A stretch of DNA of 64,000 nucleotides from an uncultured virus (IMG/VR IMGVR_UViG_3300029258_003649) (taxonomy: Duplodnaviria; Heunggongvirae; Uroviricota; Caudoviricetes), in IMG/VR virus record IMGVR_UViG_3300029258_003649; one strand, written 5' to 3'. The notes beneath the pieces were generated by a model. That model had not been told where the DNA came from. It saw only the letters and a program-made list of their open reading frames with translations, and made no database searches. Made by a program: the position numbers and the translations under genes. Below are positions 9,151-18,444 of this stretch, piece by piece (positions within the stretch are counted from its first letter, which is position 1; each line of letters opens with the position of its first letter).

Positions 9151-10014
9151 ATGCGACCAGTTTACAGTCTCATCGTGCTCTTCCTTCTCGGAGGAGCGGT
9201 GGCCGCAGCCGAACAGCTGGAGCAAGTCCAGCATCTCCAGGACAGCACTGTGGCTATCTGGAAGAACAGCCGCATCGTAGGCACGGCGTTCGTCGTGGAT
9301 GTGGGCGAGGGGTACGTAGTTGCGCTTACCGCAGCCCACGTGGTCGATCACATTGAGATCGCTGCCCCGCCATCCAAGGACAAGAAGGTCAAGGATGCTC
9401 CGAAGAGCATCTGGACTGCTGTCCCCGTGTCGGGCGTGACTAAGCTCGACAGGCGCGGCTTTGCCCGGGTCATTGTCTACGACGAGGAAGAGGACCTTGC
9501 GCTATTGCTGATCCTGACGCCCGATAAGTTCCCGCACGGACTCAAGCTGGCAGAGGCCAAGAAGCCCAAGCTCGGCGAGGAGGTGTGGCACTGCGGCAAT
9601 CCCAAGGGGCTCATGTGGGGTAGCGTCAGTAAGGGTATTGTCAGCTTCGCTGTTCGCGGTTCGCGAACAGAGAACGGCGTCCAGACCTTTACGCAGTTCA
9701 CGTCGACGACCATGAGCGGCTGCTCCGGCGGGCCTGTGGTCCGGCTGGGGGACAAGGAGCCCGAGGTCATCGGCATTATGACGCGCTTCCTACGTACGCC
9801 CTGCGTGGACGACAAGGGCAAGCAGATGACGGTATTCTCGAATACTGAGAATATGGGCCTGGCCGTTCCAATGACCCGTATTGCGACCTGGGCGAAGAAG
9901 CACAAGATCGGCTGGCTGGTCGGAGACGGTAAGCCGCCCAAGGTCGAAGAGCTCAACAAAATGCAGCCCCGGGAAGGTGCTGCGTTTCTCCCTATGGTGA
10001 TGATGACGAAATGA
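9151..10014 (+). CDS. Secreted trypsin-like serine protease
   Basis: Signal peptide; catalytic triad motifs LTAAHVV, DLALL, GCSGGPV; AGGAG SD. Confidence 0.9.
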   Translation: MRPVYSLIVLFLLGGAVAAAEQLEQVQHLQDSTVAIWKNSRIVGTAFVVDVGEGYVVALTAAHVVDHIEIAAPPSKDKKVKDAPKSIWTAVPVSGVTKLDRRGFARVIVYDEEEDLALLLILTPDKFPHGLKLAEAKKPKLGEEVWHCGNPKGLMWGSVSKGIVSFAVRGSRTENGVQTFTQFTSTTMSGCSGGPVVRLGDKEPEVIGIMTRFLRTPCVDDKGKQMTVFSNTENMGLAVPMTRIATWAKKHKIGWLVGDGKPPKVEELNKMQPREGAAFLPMVMMTK

Positions 10015-10232
10015 TATCGCAGGATACCTGGGTAGCGATCGGGATATTTGCCTCAGTAGCGGCGCTGCTGAGCATCTATCTCGTGTCGCTCTGCCCGAAC
10101 AGCCGTACAAGGCCCTGGATTCGGGTCGTGGGATTTGTTACATTCACCTGTATCGCCGCGGCCATGGGGATTGCCCTTGGCGCACTAGTTCTCGCGATCG
10201 CAGGAGAGTGTAATGTCCAAATCCAACGGTAA
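10011..10232 (+). CDS. Two-TM membrane protein
   Basis: ATGA coupling; two hydrophobic helices. Confidence 0.6.
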   Translation: MISQDTWVAIGIFASVAALLSIYLVSLCPNSRTRPWIRVVGFVTFTCIAAAMGIALGALVLAIAGECNVQIQR

Positions 10233-10638
10233 GAAACCCGTACCGCCGCCCGTTCCGCTCAGACCGGAAAACCACAATGCGGAGCTGATCCGCATGTCGG
10301 TGTACTACGCGTTCCTCCTGATCATCATCGTCGTGGTCGCTCTGTTCCTCAAGAGCATGATCCGGATGGTGATCGACTACAAGACCCAGGGCGAGCCCAG
10401 GCCGGCCGTCGAGGAGGTCTCTGGCGTGCCGATGACCGGCATTCTCGAACCCATTCCCGTCCTACGCCACGGTACGAAGGAGAATACGGGCGACATCATC
10501 TCCTGGGTCGCTGCCAAGGGCCGTTGTGCTGGCTGTGGTGAGTTCGAGAAGGTCAAGTGGGCCGGCGACGTCCAATACAAGTGCATGAGCTGCACCCACT
10601 ACCACAGCTTCCCAATCGTCTTCGAAGGGGGTGACTAA
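10213..10638 (+). CDS. Membrane protein with C-terminal Zn ribbon
   Basis: TM helix; CAGC...CMSC; AGGAG SD. Confidence 0.65.
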   Translation: MSKSNGKKPVPPPVPLRPENHNAELIRMSVYYAFLLIIIVVVALFLKSMIRMVIDYKTQGEPRPAVEEVSGVPMTGILEPIPVLRHGTKENTGDIISWVAAKGRCAGCGEFEKVKWAGDVQYKCMSCTHYHSFPIVFEGGD

Positions 10639-10733
10639 TGGACGGGCTCGAACCCGAGGTCCGCTGGCCTATGGCCTTTCTGCTCATCGGCATCATGATT
10701 GCCATTCTCGCTATGGTCATTGTACTGACGTGA
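10638..10733 (+). CDS. Small single-TM protein (31 aa)
   Basis: Manual translation MDGLEPEVRWPMAFLLIGIMIAILAMVIVLT; TAATG overlap. Confidence 0.5.
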   Translation: MDGLEPEVRWPMAFLLIGIMIAILAMVIVLT

Positions 10734-10735
10734 CG

Positions 10736-10755
10736 AAACGCGGCATTATAAGGTG
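10736..10755 (+). promoter_or_regulatory. Promoter-like motif AAACRCGGCATTATAAGGTG, copy 1
   Basis: 19/20 identical to 17112-17131; both intergenic, ~30 nt upstream of a start codon. Confidence 0.7.
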
Positions 10756-10784
10756 AGTAGTGCCCTTATTTCCTGGAGGATGCC

Positions 10785-11045
10785 ATGGCTACGCAGAAAC
10801 CGATTTATCACCAGTGTTACATGGTCAAGGACGAAGGTCCGCTACGACCACGTAAATTCACGACGAGCTTCCTGCCGGCGAAGTTCGCTAAAGTAGGCCT
10901 GACCGTCAAGCTACGTGGCGAGGACGGATGGGTCGTGCATAAAGTTGGAGATCCTGTCGAAGGACGCCCCAACTATCGTAAGATGATCAAAGGTCACCGG
11001 AAGAATACCGGCGACGACACCCCGAAGGTTTTGGAGGAAGAGTGA
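10785..11045 (+). CDS. Hypothetical protein
   Basis: GGAGG SD directly after the promoter-like motif. Confidence 0.7.
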   Translation: MATQKPIYHQCYMVKDEGPLRPRKFTTSFLPAKFAKVGLTVKLRGEDGWVVHKVGDPVEGRPNYRKMIKGHRKNTGDDTPKVLEEE

Positions 11046-11317
11046 TGCGAGACCGATTGAAGTTTGCGGGTGTCTGTGTGTTGTTCGTTGTACTCATGTT
11101 CGTTGCGGCCGTGATGATTCAGTATGGCCTCAACAACGCGCTTGAGAAACACTACGCACAGTGTGCGTTGGACGGTGTGGATGCGGCGAAAGCCGGAATA
11201 CCGATGGACGCTAACCCCTACACGGGCAAGGGAGCCTCGTGTTGGCTCAAGGGCTACGCTCTTGAGATGTCCAGGCAGGATGCCGAGCAGTTACTCGAAG
11301 AGATCGAGGAAGAGTGA
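11045..11317 (+). CDS. Membrane-anchored hypothetical protein
   Basis: N-terminal TM; C-terminal NPY...WLKGY; GGAGG SD. Confidence 0.65.
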   Translation: MRDRLKFAGVCVLFVVLMFVAAVMIQYGLNNALEKHYAQCALDGVDAAKAGIPMDANPYTGKGASCWLKGYALEMSRQDAEQLLEEIEEE

Positions 11318-11871
11318 TGCAGTTTCCCGGTTGGGTCGTGCCGGTCGTGATTTTCGCGCCGGCCGTGCTTATCTGTATCATGCGGTGGCTCTTGGTCTCC
11401 GCCTACAATCGTGGCGTAGAGAGCGTACGTGCTATCTACAGGCCATCGGACAAGAAAGTAGTCGTCTCCGGCTGCTTCGACGTGCTCCACACGGGGCACT
11501 GCAAGTTTCTCAACGAGGCGAGCGCTTACGGCCGCCTTCTCGTCTATCTTGGCAGCGACGAGAATATCGAGCACCTCAAGGGTGCGCCACCTGTGTTCAC
11601 CGCAGAAGAGCGGCGAATGATGCTACTGTACAACCAGAACGTGTGGAACGCTCTGGTCGTCCCAGGGCTTGGCGACATGCACTTCGCAGTGGAGCTGGCC
11701 ATTGAACGTCCCGATACCTTCGTTGTGAACGAGGACGGGCATACCGAAGAGAAAGAGAAGCTGTGCAAGCGGCTCGGCATCGAATACGTGGTGCTGGAGC
11801 GTAAGCCTATGGCCGGTTGTCCGGCGCACAGCTCAACCGAGATCAAGGAGAAGATACGTGGAACGTCGTAA
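11317..11871 (+). CDS. HIGH-family cytidylyl/adenylyltransferase (RfaE domain II/TagD-like) with N-terminal TM
   Basis: VVSGCFDVLHTGH, GSD, EERR, SSTEIK motifs. Confidence 0.88.
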   Translation: MQFPGWVVPVVIFAPAVLICIMRWLLVSAYNRGVESVRAIYRPSDKKVVVSGCFDVLHTGHCKFLNEASAYGRLLVYLGSDENIEHLKGAPPVFTAEERRMMLLYNQNVWNALVVPGLGDMHFAVELAIERPDTFVVNEDGHTEEKEKLCKRLGIEYVVLERKPMAGCPAHSSTEIKEKIRGTS

Positions 11872-12736
11872 TTTCCTGAGTCTGGCCGCCATCGCAACAG
11901 CTTGCGGTGCTGGCAATCTTGTTTCCATGAATAAAAAGCCCGAGGTCCCCAAGACCACTGGGTTGGCGTCCGTCGGACTCAAGTTCGACCGCGAGCAGGC
12001 CGATCGCGATGCAAAGGCTTACAGAGACGAACAGGAGCGCGCCTATCGCGAACAGCAAGCGAAGCTCTATGCGTTCGAGGACGAGCTGCCCAATGCTGGC
12101 GAGCAGTGGGGTCACGCCATGGAGGTCCCATTCGCCACGCTGCCGATCACTCGGTATGTCCGCGGCGACGTCATCGTCGGCAAAAATCCGCGCTACCCGT
12201 TCTTTGACGAGTTTGCGATGGACGGGCGCGAGTACGGCTTCGGCCATACGAAGCATTGCCAGCGACGTGTGGCCACAGGGCTGGAGAAGGAACTTGAGGG
12301 CGACGCATACGTCCTCGACAGCATTCCCGCTCCGCTGATGCCGAAGGACAAGCCCGGGCGTATCATGACGCCCAAGTTCATCTGGGACGTCGACGAGGCC
12401 ATCTTCGACGGCACCATACATGCACGCGCTGCGTGGGCGCTGATCATCATGTACAAGGGTCTTACCAACGAGGTCATCGACCGTGTGGCGCAGGCGCGTG
12501 CTTGTTATCGGGATGACCTGCCGCCCAATCGGTGGGAAGGCCCGATCATCGTCACTCGGCCGCGCGTCACTGTGACGCTCGAAATGCCGATGGTCGAGAT
12601 CAATGCATACTGCTACTGCATGTGGCAGAAGCAGGCGCAGGAAAGCTTCCTTGCCTACCAGAAGGAGTTCGGCAAGGATTCTTGCCCAAGCTCAGTCACG
12701 ACCGACTACACCAAGAGCATAGGCTACTATGTCTAG
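11858..12736 (+). CDS. Hypothetical protein with twin-arginine-like N-terminus
   Basis: GTG start, AAGGAG SD; MERRNFLSLAAIATACGAG. Confidence 0.65.
   Translation: MERRNFLSLAAIATACGAGNLVSMNKKPEVPKTTGLASVGLKFDREQADRDAKAYRDEQERAYREQQAKLYAFEDELPNAGEQWGHAMEVPFATLPITRYVRGDVIVGKNPRYPFFDEFAMDGREYGFGHTKHCQRRVATGLEKELEGDAYVLDSIPAPLMPKDKPGRIMTPKFIWDVDEAIFDGTIHARAAWALIIMYKGLTNEVIDRVAQARACYRDDLPPNRWEGPIIVTRPRVTVTLEMPMVEINAYCYCMWQKQAQESFLAYQKEFGKDSCPSSVTTDYTKSIGYYV
11919..11934. promoter_or_regulatory. parS-like site, variant TTGTTTCCATGAATAA (intragenic)
   Basis: Part of a 25-nt sequence (11914-11938) identical to 27143-27167. Confidence 0.55.
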
Positions 12737-12753
12737 GCGGTTGGAGGAGTAGC

Positions 12754-13374
12754 ATGTATCAGCGCTGGCATATGGTCAACAACATCGCAGACGCACGCGA
12801 CCTCAAGACCTACCTTGAGGTCGGCGTCGCTGATGGGCAAATGCTGCGCAAGATCAGCATACCGAACCGCGTGTCGGTGGATCCGTCCAATAACGAGCGC
12901 TGTGTGGCGCAATTTCGAATGACGAGCGACGCGTTCTTCACGCGGATCGCCATTCCGAATAACATGAAGTGGGAGGTGATCTTCATCGACGGGCTGCACC
13001 ACGCAGACCAGGTCGAGAGGGACATCGAGAACTCGCTTGACTGCCTGCGCCACGAGCGCAGCGTCGTGATGCTTCACGACTGTAACCCACCAAACGAACG
13101 TGTTCAGCGCGTGCCCCGCACGGGGCACGGTTGCTGGACCGGCGACGTCTGGAAAGCCGTGGCAAAGTTCCGCGCTACGCACTGGGGCGACTACAGGGTT
13201 GTCACGGTGGACAGCGATAACGGTGTTGGGGTCATCTACCACGACCCCCGCACACCGCATCCAGAACTACAGTTACCAGAACCCCTGACCTGGCGTTGGT
13301 TCCGCGAGCATCGCAAAGCAGCGCTGGGTCTGATTTCGCTGCAAGAGTTTCGTTACAGGTTCACCAAGAAATGA
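12754..13374 (+). CDS. Class I SAM-dependent methyltransferase (Methyltransf_24-like)
   Basis: YLEVGVADG, IFIDGLH, LHDCNP motifs; GGAGGAG SD. Confidence 0.85.
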   Translation: MYQRWHMVNNIADARDLKTYLEVGVADGQMLRKISIPNRVSVDPSNNERCVAQFRMTSDAFFTRIAIPNNMKWEVIFIDGLHHADQVERDIENSLDCLRHERSVVMLHDCNPPNERVQRVPRTGHGCWTGDVWKAVAKFRATHWGDYRVVTVDSDNGVGVIYHDPRTPHPELQLPEPLTWRWFREHRKAALGLISLQEFRYRFTKK

Positions 13375-14141
13375 ACAAGAAGCAGATCGTTATAGAGCTG
13401 CAGCGCGTACGCAACCTGCTGCAGGAGATATTCCGTCACCTCGACATGCCGGAGCTTGAAACCATGGGAAACCTGAAAGCCGACAAGAAGCAGTGGGAGA
13501 CCATTGCGCAGACCTGGGAGATCGGATGGTGGGCCAAAGCGGACCCGCCGAAAGACCGTGACGAGGCCGTCGAGGCGGCGTTGCTTATGTCCCGGCGGCT
13601 GCTGGCCCATTTCGAGCTGTTGCATACGCAGCTGGGCAAAAGCATCCTCGAGATCGGTCCCGGGCCTACCGGCAAGCTGATGGCGCTCGAGGACACGTGT
13701 GGTACGCTGTGGGCCATTGAGCCCCTATTTGACCACTACACCAAGCTGGGGTGGCCGTTGCTGGAGCATTTCAACGGTTGCCACGCCCAAGCCGCAGAAG
13801 AGTTCATCCCCGAGTTCGAGGAACAGTGCGATACGGTCATCTCGATCAACGCGCTGGACCACTGCTACGACATCCCGCAGGTGCTGAAGAACTGCTTCAA
13901 GTACCTGAAGCCCGGCGGAGAGCTGTTCATCTCGGTGGACTGCAACAAGCCGGCCGGGTTCGATCCCACGCACCCCATCAAGCCCGACAACATCGAGCTG
14001 TACCAAGCGATCGAGAAGGCTGGGTTCGAGATCACGCGTGTCGACAGCACGCTGGCAATGATCGAAGACTTGGGGTACGATAAGAACAGTTGGGGCGGCG
14101 GAACCGCCTGGCACTATTGGGCCAAGAGACCAGAAGAATGA
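13371..14141 (+). CDS. Class I SAM-dependent methyltransferase (Methyltransf_11-like)
   Basis: ILEIGPGPTG, INALDH, LKPGG motifs. Confidence 0.85.
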   Translation: MNKKQIVIELQRVRNLLQEIFRHLDMPELETMGNLKADKKQWETIAQTWEIGWWAKADPPKDRDEAVEAALLMSRRLLAHFELLHTQLGKSILEIGPGPTGKLMALEDTCGTLWAIEPLFDHYTKLGWPLLEHFNGCHAQAAEEFIPEFEEQCDTVISINALDHCYDIPQVLKNCFKYLKPGGELFISVDCNKPAGFDPTHPIKPDNIELYQAIEKAGFEITRVDSTLAMIEDLGYDKNSWGGGTAWHYWAKRPEE

Positions 14142-14782
14142 TTTTAGTGCGACCGAGTTTTGAGATCCTGACCCCTATCGACGGGGTCGACATCCTCCAG
14201 CGGATTGAAGCCGCCGGCAGGACGTGTTACAAGAGCGAGGACAAGATCACGGACGACAGCGCCATCAAGTTCGTCCGTGGCATCATGAAGCGTGGGCACC
14301 TGTCGGTGATCGAGCACGAGAGCATCTCCGTGCGCTTCATCATCGACCGCGGTGTGTCCCACGAGCTGGTACGCCACCGGCTGTGTGCTTTCTCCCAGGA
14401 GAGCACGCGCTACTGCGACTACGAAGGCGGGCTGCAGTTCGTCATCCCGCCGTGGGTGACGAACCTCGAGCCCGGCGAGTACCACCACATCGACCAGTAC
14501 GACTGGGCGGCGACGCCCGGCGGCTGGTGGGCCGAAGCCTGTTACGCCGCCGAGGAGAGCTACAAGGAGCTCAGAAAGCTCGGCTGGCCTCCCCAGCAGG
14601 CCCGCTCCGTCCTCCCCAACTCTCTCAAAACTGAGATCGTAACCACCGCCAACCTCAGGGAATGGCGGCACATCTTCTCTCTGCGCTGTGCCCAGGCGGC
14701 CCATCCGCAGATCCGTGAAGTGATGATCCCGCTGCGGGAACAACTCCGGCAGCTCATACCAGTGATATTTGACGATGACTGA
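14138..14782 (+). CDS. thyX: FAD-dependent thymidylate synthase ThyX
   Basis: AGRTCYKS, GHLSVIEH, SHELVRHR...SQESTRY, ARSVLPN, NLREWRH. Confidence 0.96.
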   Translation: MILVRPSFEILTPIDGVDILQRIEAAGRTCYKSEDKITDDSAIKFVRGIMKRGHLSVIEHESISVRFIIDRGVSHELVRHRLCAFSQESTRYCDYEGGLQFVIPPWVTNLEPGEYHHIDQYDWAATPGGWWAEACYAAEESYKELRKLGWPPQQARSVLPNSLKTEIVTTANLREWRHIFSLRCAQAAHPQIREVMIPLREQLRQLIPVIFDDD

Positions 14783-15110
14783 AACCCAGATTATCCACCA
14801 GCTTGACCAGCTCGGCGCCGAGCTGCGCGAACACGCAATCGATTTTGGCAAGATGAGCCTGCAGGTTGCGCGTAAACTCGCACAGCCCGGCGTCGACCGG
14901 GCGGCGGTACGCTCGGCGTACAACGAGTTTATCAAACACCACCCGTCCCGGGTCACAGTTCGACAGCTCAACAAGCTTGTCAAAGAGCTTGCGCGCGCCG
15001 CCATCGACGAGGAGACGCGTGAGCGCTGTAATCAAGATGTGCTGCAGGTCGGTATCCATACCATGAAAATCTGCGAGTGCATGCTTGAGACCACTCAGAT
15101 ACTTAGCTAG
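14775..15110 (+). CDS. Hypothetical protein
   Basis: Helical ORF overlapping the thyX stop. Confidence 0.6.
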   Translation: MTETQIIHQLDQLGAELREHAIDFGKMSLQVARKLAQPGVDRAAVRSAYNEFIKHHPSRVTVRQLNKLVKELARAAIDEETRERCNQDVLQVGIHTMKICECMLETTQILS

Positions 15111-15119
15111 GAGAATACG

Positions 15120-15344
15120 ATGGCATCTATTGAATTGCATCCAGCGTACGTGTATGATTGCGATGAGTGCGGGCGAGAGGTTTTCGTCCGCGCTGTGGTG
15201 CCCGAGGGGCTGAGCGAGGAAGACAAGAAGCACATCCTCGAAGAGCTCGGCGAAGAAGGCCCACTTACGATCATCCCCACTGAGGTCATCTGTCCGACCT
15301 GTGGGGCTGCCTACGATACAGAAGCGAGGTGGATTGATGGCTGA
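15120..15344 (+). CDS. Small Zn-ribbon protein
   Basis: CDECG...CPTCG; GGAG SD. Confidence 0.7.
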   Translation: MASIELHPAYVYDCDECGREVFVRAVVPEGLSEEDKKHILEELGEEGPLTIIPTEVICPTCGAAYDTEARWIDG

Positions 15345-15795
15345 CGCCCCCAAAGTTGCCGTTTACACCCCACAAACGACCGTGTTTAACGGCTTCCCAT
15401 GGGGCTGGGCTGAAGTCCAGTTCTACAGCGAAGCTCTCGGCTTCGCTATCGCTGAATTGTTCATTCGCACAGGCAAGCAGACGGCGGTCCAGAAGGAAAC
15501 GACGGACTGCGTGCTTCAATGCGAAAGTGGACGGGCTTTTGTCGAGTTTGCGACGACGAAGGATCTGCCGTCCCCTATGGAACGACTGACCAAGAACGAA
15601 ATCGTCGTCCTCGAGCCCGGTACCACCGTACATATCCCGGCGGGAACGTGGCACTGTGTGCGCTCCGAGGGCGACGCATACCTCAAATGCGTCCATCAGT
15701 ATCCTTACGATGAACCCGAGGAGGTGGACGACTGGCCGACCGGCGAGGAAGAAGAGGAACTCTCGGAAGGCGCCGATTTTGACCCCCTCTTATGA
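15337..15795 (+). CDS. Cupin-domain protein
   Basis: LEPGTTVHIPAGTWH cupin motif 2. Confidence 0.75.
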   Translation: MADAPKVAVYTPQTTVFNGFPWGWAEVQFYSEALGFAIAELFIRTGKQTAVQKETTDCVLQCESGRAFVEFATTKDLPSPMERLTKNEIVVLEPGTTVHIPAGTWHCVRSEGDAYLKCVHQYPYDEPEEVDDWPTGEEEEELSEGADFDPLL

Positions 15796-15806
15796 AGGAG
15801 CGCGCA

Positions 15807-16127
15807 GTGGCTACCAAGACGAAGAGTGAGAAGCTGACGGCCATCGACGTCAAGATGATCGACAGCCGCGTTCTCATTCGACCTAACGACCGCGAGACCG
15901 TTTCGCCTGGTGGAATCGTCATTCCCGACCAGGCCGCCGACGCCCCAGACCAGGGCGTGGTAGTCGCCAAGGGCCCCGGCAGGTGGGGTGCGCACGGCGA
16001 GAGACTGGCAATGCAGGTCGAAGTGGGCGACACAGTGCTGTTTTCGCCTTACGCCGACTCTGTTAAGCTAGGGAATGAGACATTCCTCATTGTCGAGGAA
16101 TCCTCGCTCTACGCTGTGATCAAATGA
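15807..16127 (+). CDS. groES: Co-chaperonin GroES
   Basis: RVLIRP, SPGGIVIPD, GVVVAKGPG, VEVGDTVLF; AAGGAG SD, GTG start. Confidence 0.93.
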   Translation: MATKTKSEKLTAIDVKMIDSRVLIRPNDRETVSPGGIVIPDQAADAPDQGVVVAKGPGRWGAHGERLAMQVEVGDTVLFSPYADSVKLGNETFLIVEESSLYAVIK

Positions 16128-16165
16128 GTTGTGCGATACCGCACGGAGGCTTATCGGAGGATACG

Positions 16166-16378
16166 ATGCCGCAAGGAACCATCAAAAAGTTGGTAATGGA
16201 CCGAGGATTTGGCTTCATCAAGCCCGAGACGGGCGGAAGCGACATCTTCTTCCATTGCTCCGCACTCCCCGTCAAATCGGACTTCGACGGGCTCACGGAA
16301 GGCCTGAAGGTCGAATACACCGAAGGGGAGGGAAATGGCGGCAGGACGAAGGCGGAGAATGTCAACGTCCTGAGCTAA
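16166..16378 (+). CDS. csp: Cold-shock domain protein
   Basis: GTIK, RGFGFI (RNP1), DIFFH (RNP2), AENV; GGAGG SD. Confidence 0.93.
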   Translation: MPQGTIKKLVMDRGFGFIKPETGGSDIFFHCSALPVKSDFDGLTEGLKVEYTEGEGNGGRTKAENVNVLS

Positions 16379-16379
16379 A

Positions 16380-16397
16380 CTTATTCACGTGAATAAG
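16380..16397. promoter_or_regulatory. Perfect palindrome CTTATTCACGTGAATAAG (parS-like site)
   Basis: 18-bp perfect inverted repeat, intergenic; core TTCACGTGAA is shared with the bacterial parS consensus. Confidence 0.7.
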
Positions 16398-16405
16398 ATT
16401 GGCGA

Positions 16406-17113
16406 ATGATTTTCCCACCAGAAGAAGTTCCAGCTCGTGTAGATTTCGCGGGAGGCTGGTTTGATGTTCCGGCGTTTGCCGGTGCAGACCGCCTCATCGT
16501 GAACTGCGCGATCTCACCACTGTTCCAAAAAGACGGCACGCCCTACCTTCCGAGTGGCGGCGTGGGTGGTTCAGCAGCAATGTCCGTGCTAAAGGGCGAG
16601 GACGCTGTGGACGTGGAACTACAGACTGCGGGTTGGCAAGATCCAGCGGTCATCCTGGAAACAGGGCTATGTGTGTGGCAGTCCGGCCCTCGGCCGAAAC
16701 TTCTGCTTAAAACATCGGGTGACGTGCTGAAAGGGCGAATGGCACTCGAATGGGCTGGATACCCACACACCTCTTCTACCAAGCAGGTCTGCGACGGCAT
16801 GCATGCCGAGAACGGACCGGGCCATATCAACAAGCGCGCGCAGGCAGCACGTATTGCTGCCCGCGGCGTGAGTCATAACGACTTCGCCGACATCTGCTGC
16901 GGCATCCGCTGGTCTTACCAGATCCAGCAGGCCGAAGGGATGCAGGAGATCGACGACCGCGCTTCTGGCGCAGTCTACAAGTACTGCGGCGCAGGTTTCG
17001 GCGGATACATCGTCCATCTCTTTCAAGGTTCTGGCGATCGCGATGCGTTCGTCGAACTGGACCCAGATAAGCGCATGGTGGTCGAGCCCTACCTGAGAAA
17101 ACCGTGGGCCTAA
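16406..17113 (+). CDS. GHMP-family sugar kinase-like protein (HddA-like)
   Basis: PARVDFAGGWFD, GGVGGSAA, GWQD, KYCGAGFGGY motifs. Confidence 0.8.
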   Translation: MIFPPEEVPARVDFAGGWFDVPAFAGADRLIVNCAISPLFQKDGTPYLPSGGVGGSAAMSVLKGEDAVDVELQTAGWQDPAVILETGLCVWQSGPRPKLLLKTSGDVLKGRMALEWAGYPHTSSTKQVCDGMHAENGPGHINKRAQAARIAARGVSHNDFADICCGIRWSYQIQQAEGMQEIDDRASGAVYKYCGAGFGGYIVHLFQGSGDRDAFVELDPDKRMVVEPYLRKPWA

Positions 17114-17131
17114 ACACGGCATTATAAGGTG
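17112..17131 (+). promoter_or_regulatory. Promoter-like motif AAACRCGGCATTATAAGGTG, copy 2
   Basis: Matches 10736-10755; upstream of 17160. Confidence 0.7.
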
Positions 17132-17159
17132 TCCAACCTATTTCTCAGGAGGAGTTCAA

Positions 17160-17651
17160 ATGCCACCACCCGCTGCTTTTGCCGAAGCACTTCTGCTTCT
17201 CATTCCACTCGTGCTGATTTACGTCGTAGGCCGTCTGTTGTTCTGGCGATTCAGCAAGCTGTACAAGAGTGACAAGCGCATTGCGCGTAACCTAAGGCAT
17301 CATGACGAACGCAAGTCGGTACTCATCGAGGCGTTCGAGGATGCGCCTGACCTGCGACGCTGTCCGATATGTGACGGCGTCGCACAGCTATCGGGCAGAC
17401 CACTGATTGACGGTTCGGATGACTTCATGGTCACCGTCGAATGCACCCGCACGTGTGGGCTGCGCCTGTTCTGGAGCGGCCCCAACCCGTTGCAGGCCGT
17501 GCACAACTGGAACCACAGATGGGCAGAGTGCAACGGAACGTGTGTCGCTGATCAGGAGCAAGCCAATGATACCGATAATGCTGATGACTCGGAACCGAGT
17601 AGGGTTTCTGGATCTGACGCTCAGGAGTCTGACGGCGAGCAACCTGCCTGA
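17160..17651 (+). CDS. Membrane-anchored Lar-like (restriction-alleviation) Zn-finger protein
   Basis: TM helix, then LRRCPICDG...VECTRTCG...AVHNWNHR. Confidence 0.65.
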   Translation: MPPPAAFAEALLLLIPLVLIYVVGRLLFWRFSKLYKSDKRIARNLRHHDERKSVLIEAFEDAPDLRRCPICDGVAQLSGRPLIDGSDDFMVTVECTRTCGLRLFWSGPNPLQAVHNWNHRWAECNGTCVADQEQANDTDNADDSEPSRVSGSDAQESDGEQPA

Positions 17652-18444
17652 CGACCAAGTGCTGATCATCTTTGACGACGCGTCACAAGAGCTGAACGCG
17701 CATCAGTACCTGTACGGAGACGGCCCGGTCGACGTCGACGTGAAGCTGCCCAACGACAAGTTCTGGCACGACCAGGATCTGGGCCACGTCGTATCCCGCA
17801 CAGATGCCACCGGCATCAAGGGTAAGATCGCGGTCGTGCGGATGGGCGACACGCCCAAGAACGTCGTGAACGCGACCTGCCTTGCCTTCTCGTGGATGGT
17901 AGAGATGTTTGGCCCGGAGCATGGCATTGTCATGCTCCAGGACGACGTTGTCTTCAACCACGACTGGCTGGACAGGATGATAGCAGCGCAAGCGCACACG
18001 GTGCCAGGCGCGCCGCCGCTGGGGCTCATCACGGGTTCGTGGTCCAACTGCCCGAACCCGGACCCGCGTGAGCCCATCACGTACGTTCCATCGCGCGGCA
18101 TCACCGCGCAGTGCTACTTCGTTACCCCCACGGGTATTGCCGCGGTCTATGATTGGACCAAGCGCATGCATCCATACAACAAAGGCTTCGACAACAAGTT
18201 CTGTGCGAACATCCGCACGGGCGGCGCGTCGGTCTACCGTATGCACCCGGCTGTGTGCCAGCACATCGGCATCGTGTCGACCGTGCGGCCGCACTGGGGT
18301 TGGCGTCGCCACGGTGCGCAGGGTCGTGTAGACTTAACTGCAAGAGGCCCTTTCGGCCTTGCCGACCAAGTCCGCTCGTTCCGATGGGAGATTGACGATG
18401 CTGAAGATCCTGGGAGTAGGCCTGCCGAGGACCGGAACGAATAG
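17566..18444 (+). CDS. GT2-like glycosyltransferase
   Basis: MTRNR, IIFDDAS, MLQDDVVF, QHIG motifs; AGGAG SD. Confidence 0.8.
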   Translation: MIPIMLMTRNRVGFLDLTLRSLTASNLPDDQVLIIFDDASQELNAHQYLYGDGPVDVDVKLPNDKFWHDQDLGHVVSRTDATGIKGKIAVVRMGDTPKNVVNATCLAFSWMVEMFGPEHGIVMLQDDVVFNHDWLDRMIAAQAHTVPGAPPLGLITGSWSNCPNPDPREPITYVPSRGITAQCYFVTPTGIAAVYDWTKRMHPYNKGFDNKFCANIRTGGASVYRMHPAVCQHIGIVSTVRPHWGWRRHGAQGRVDLTARGPFGLADQVRSFRWEIDDAEDPGSRPAEDRNE

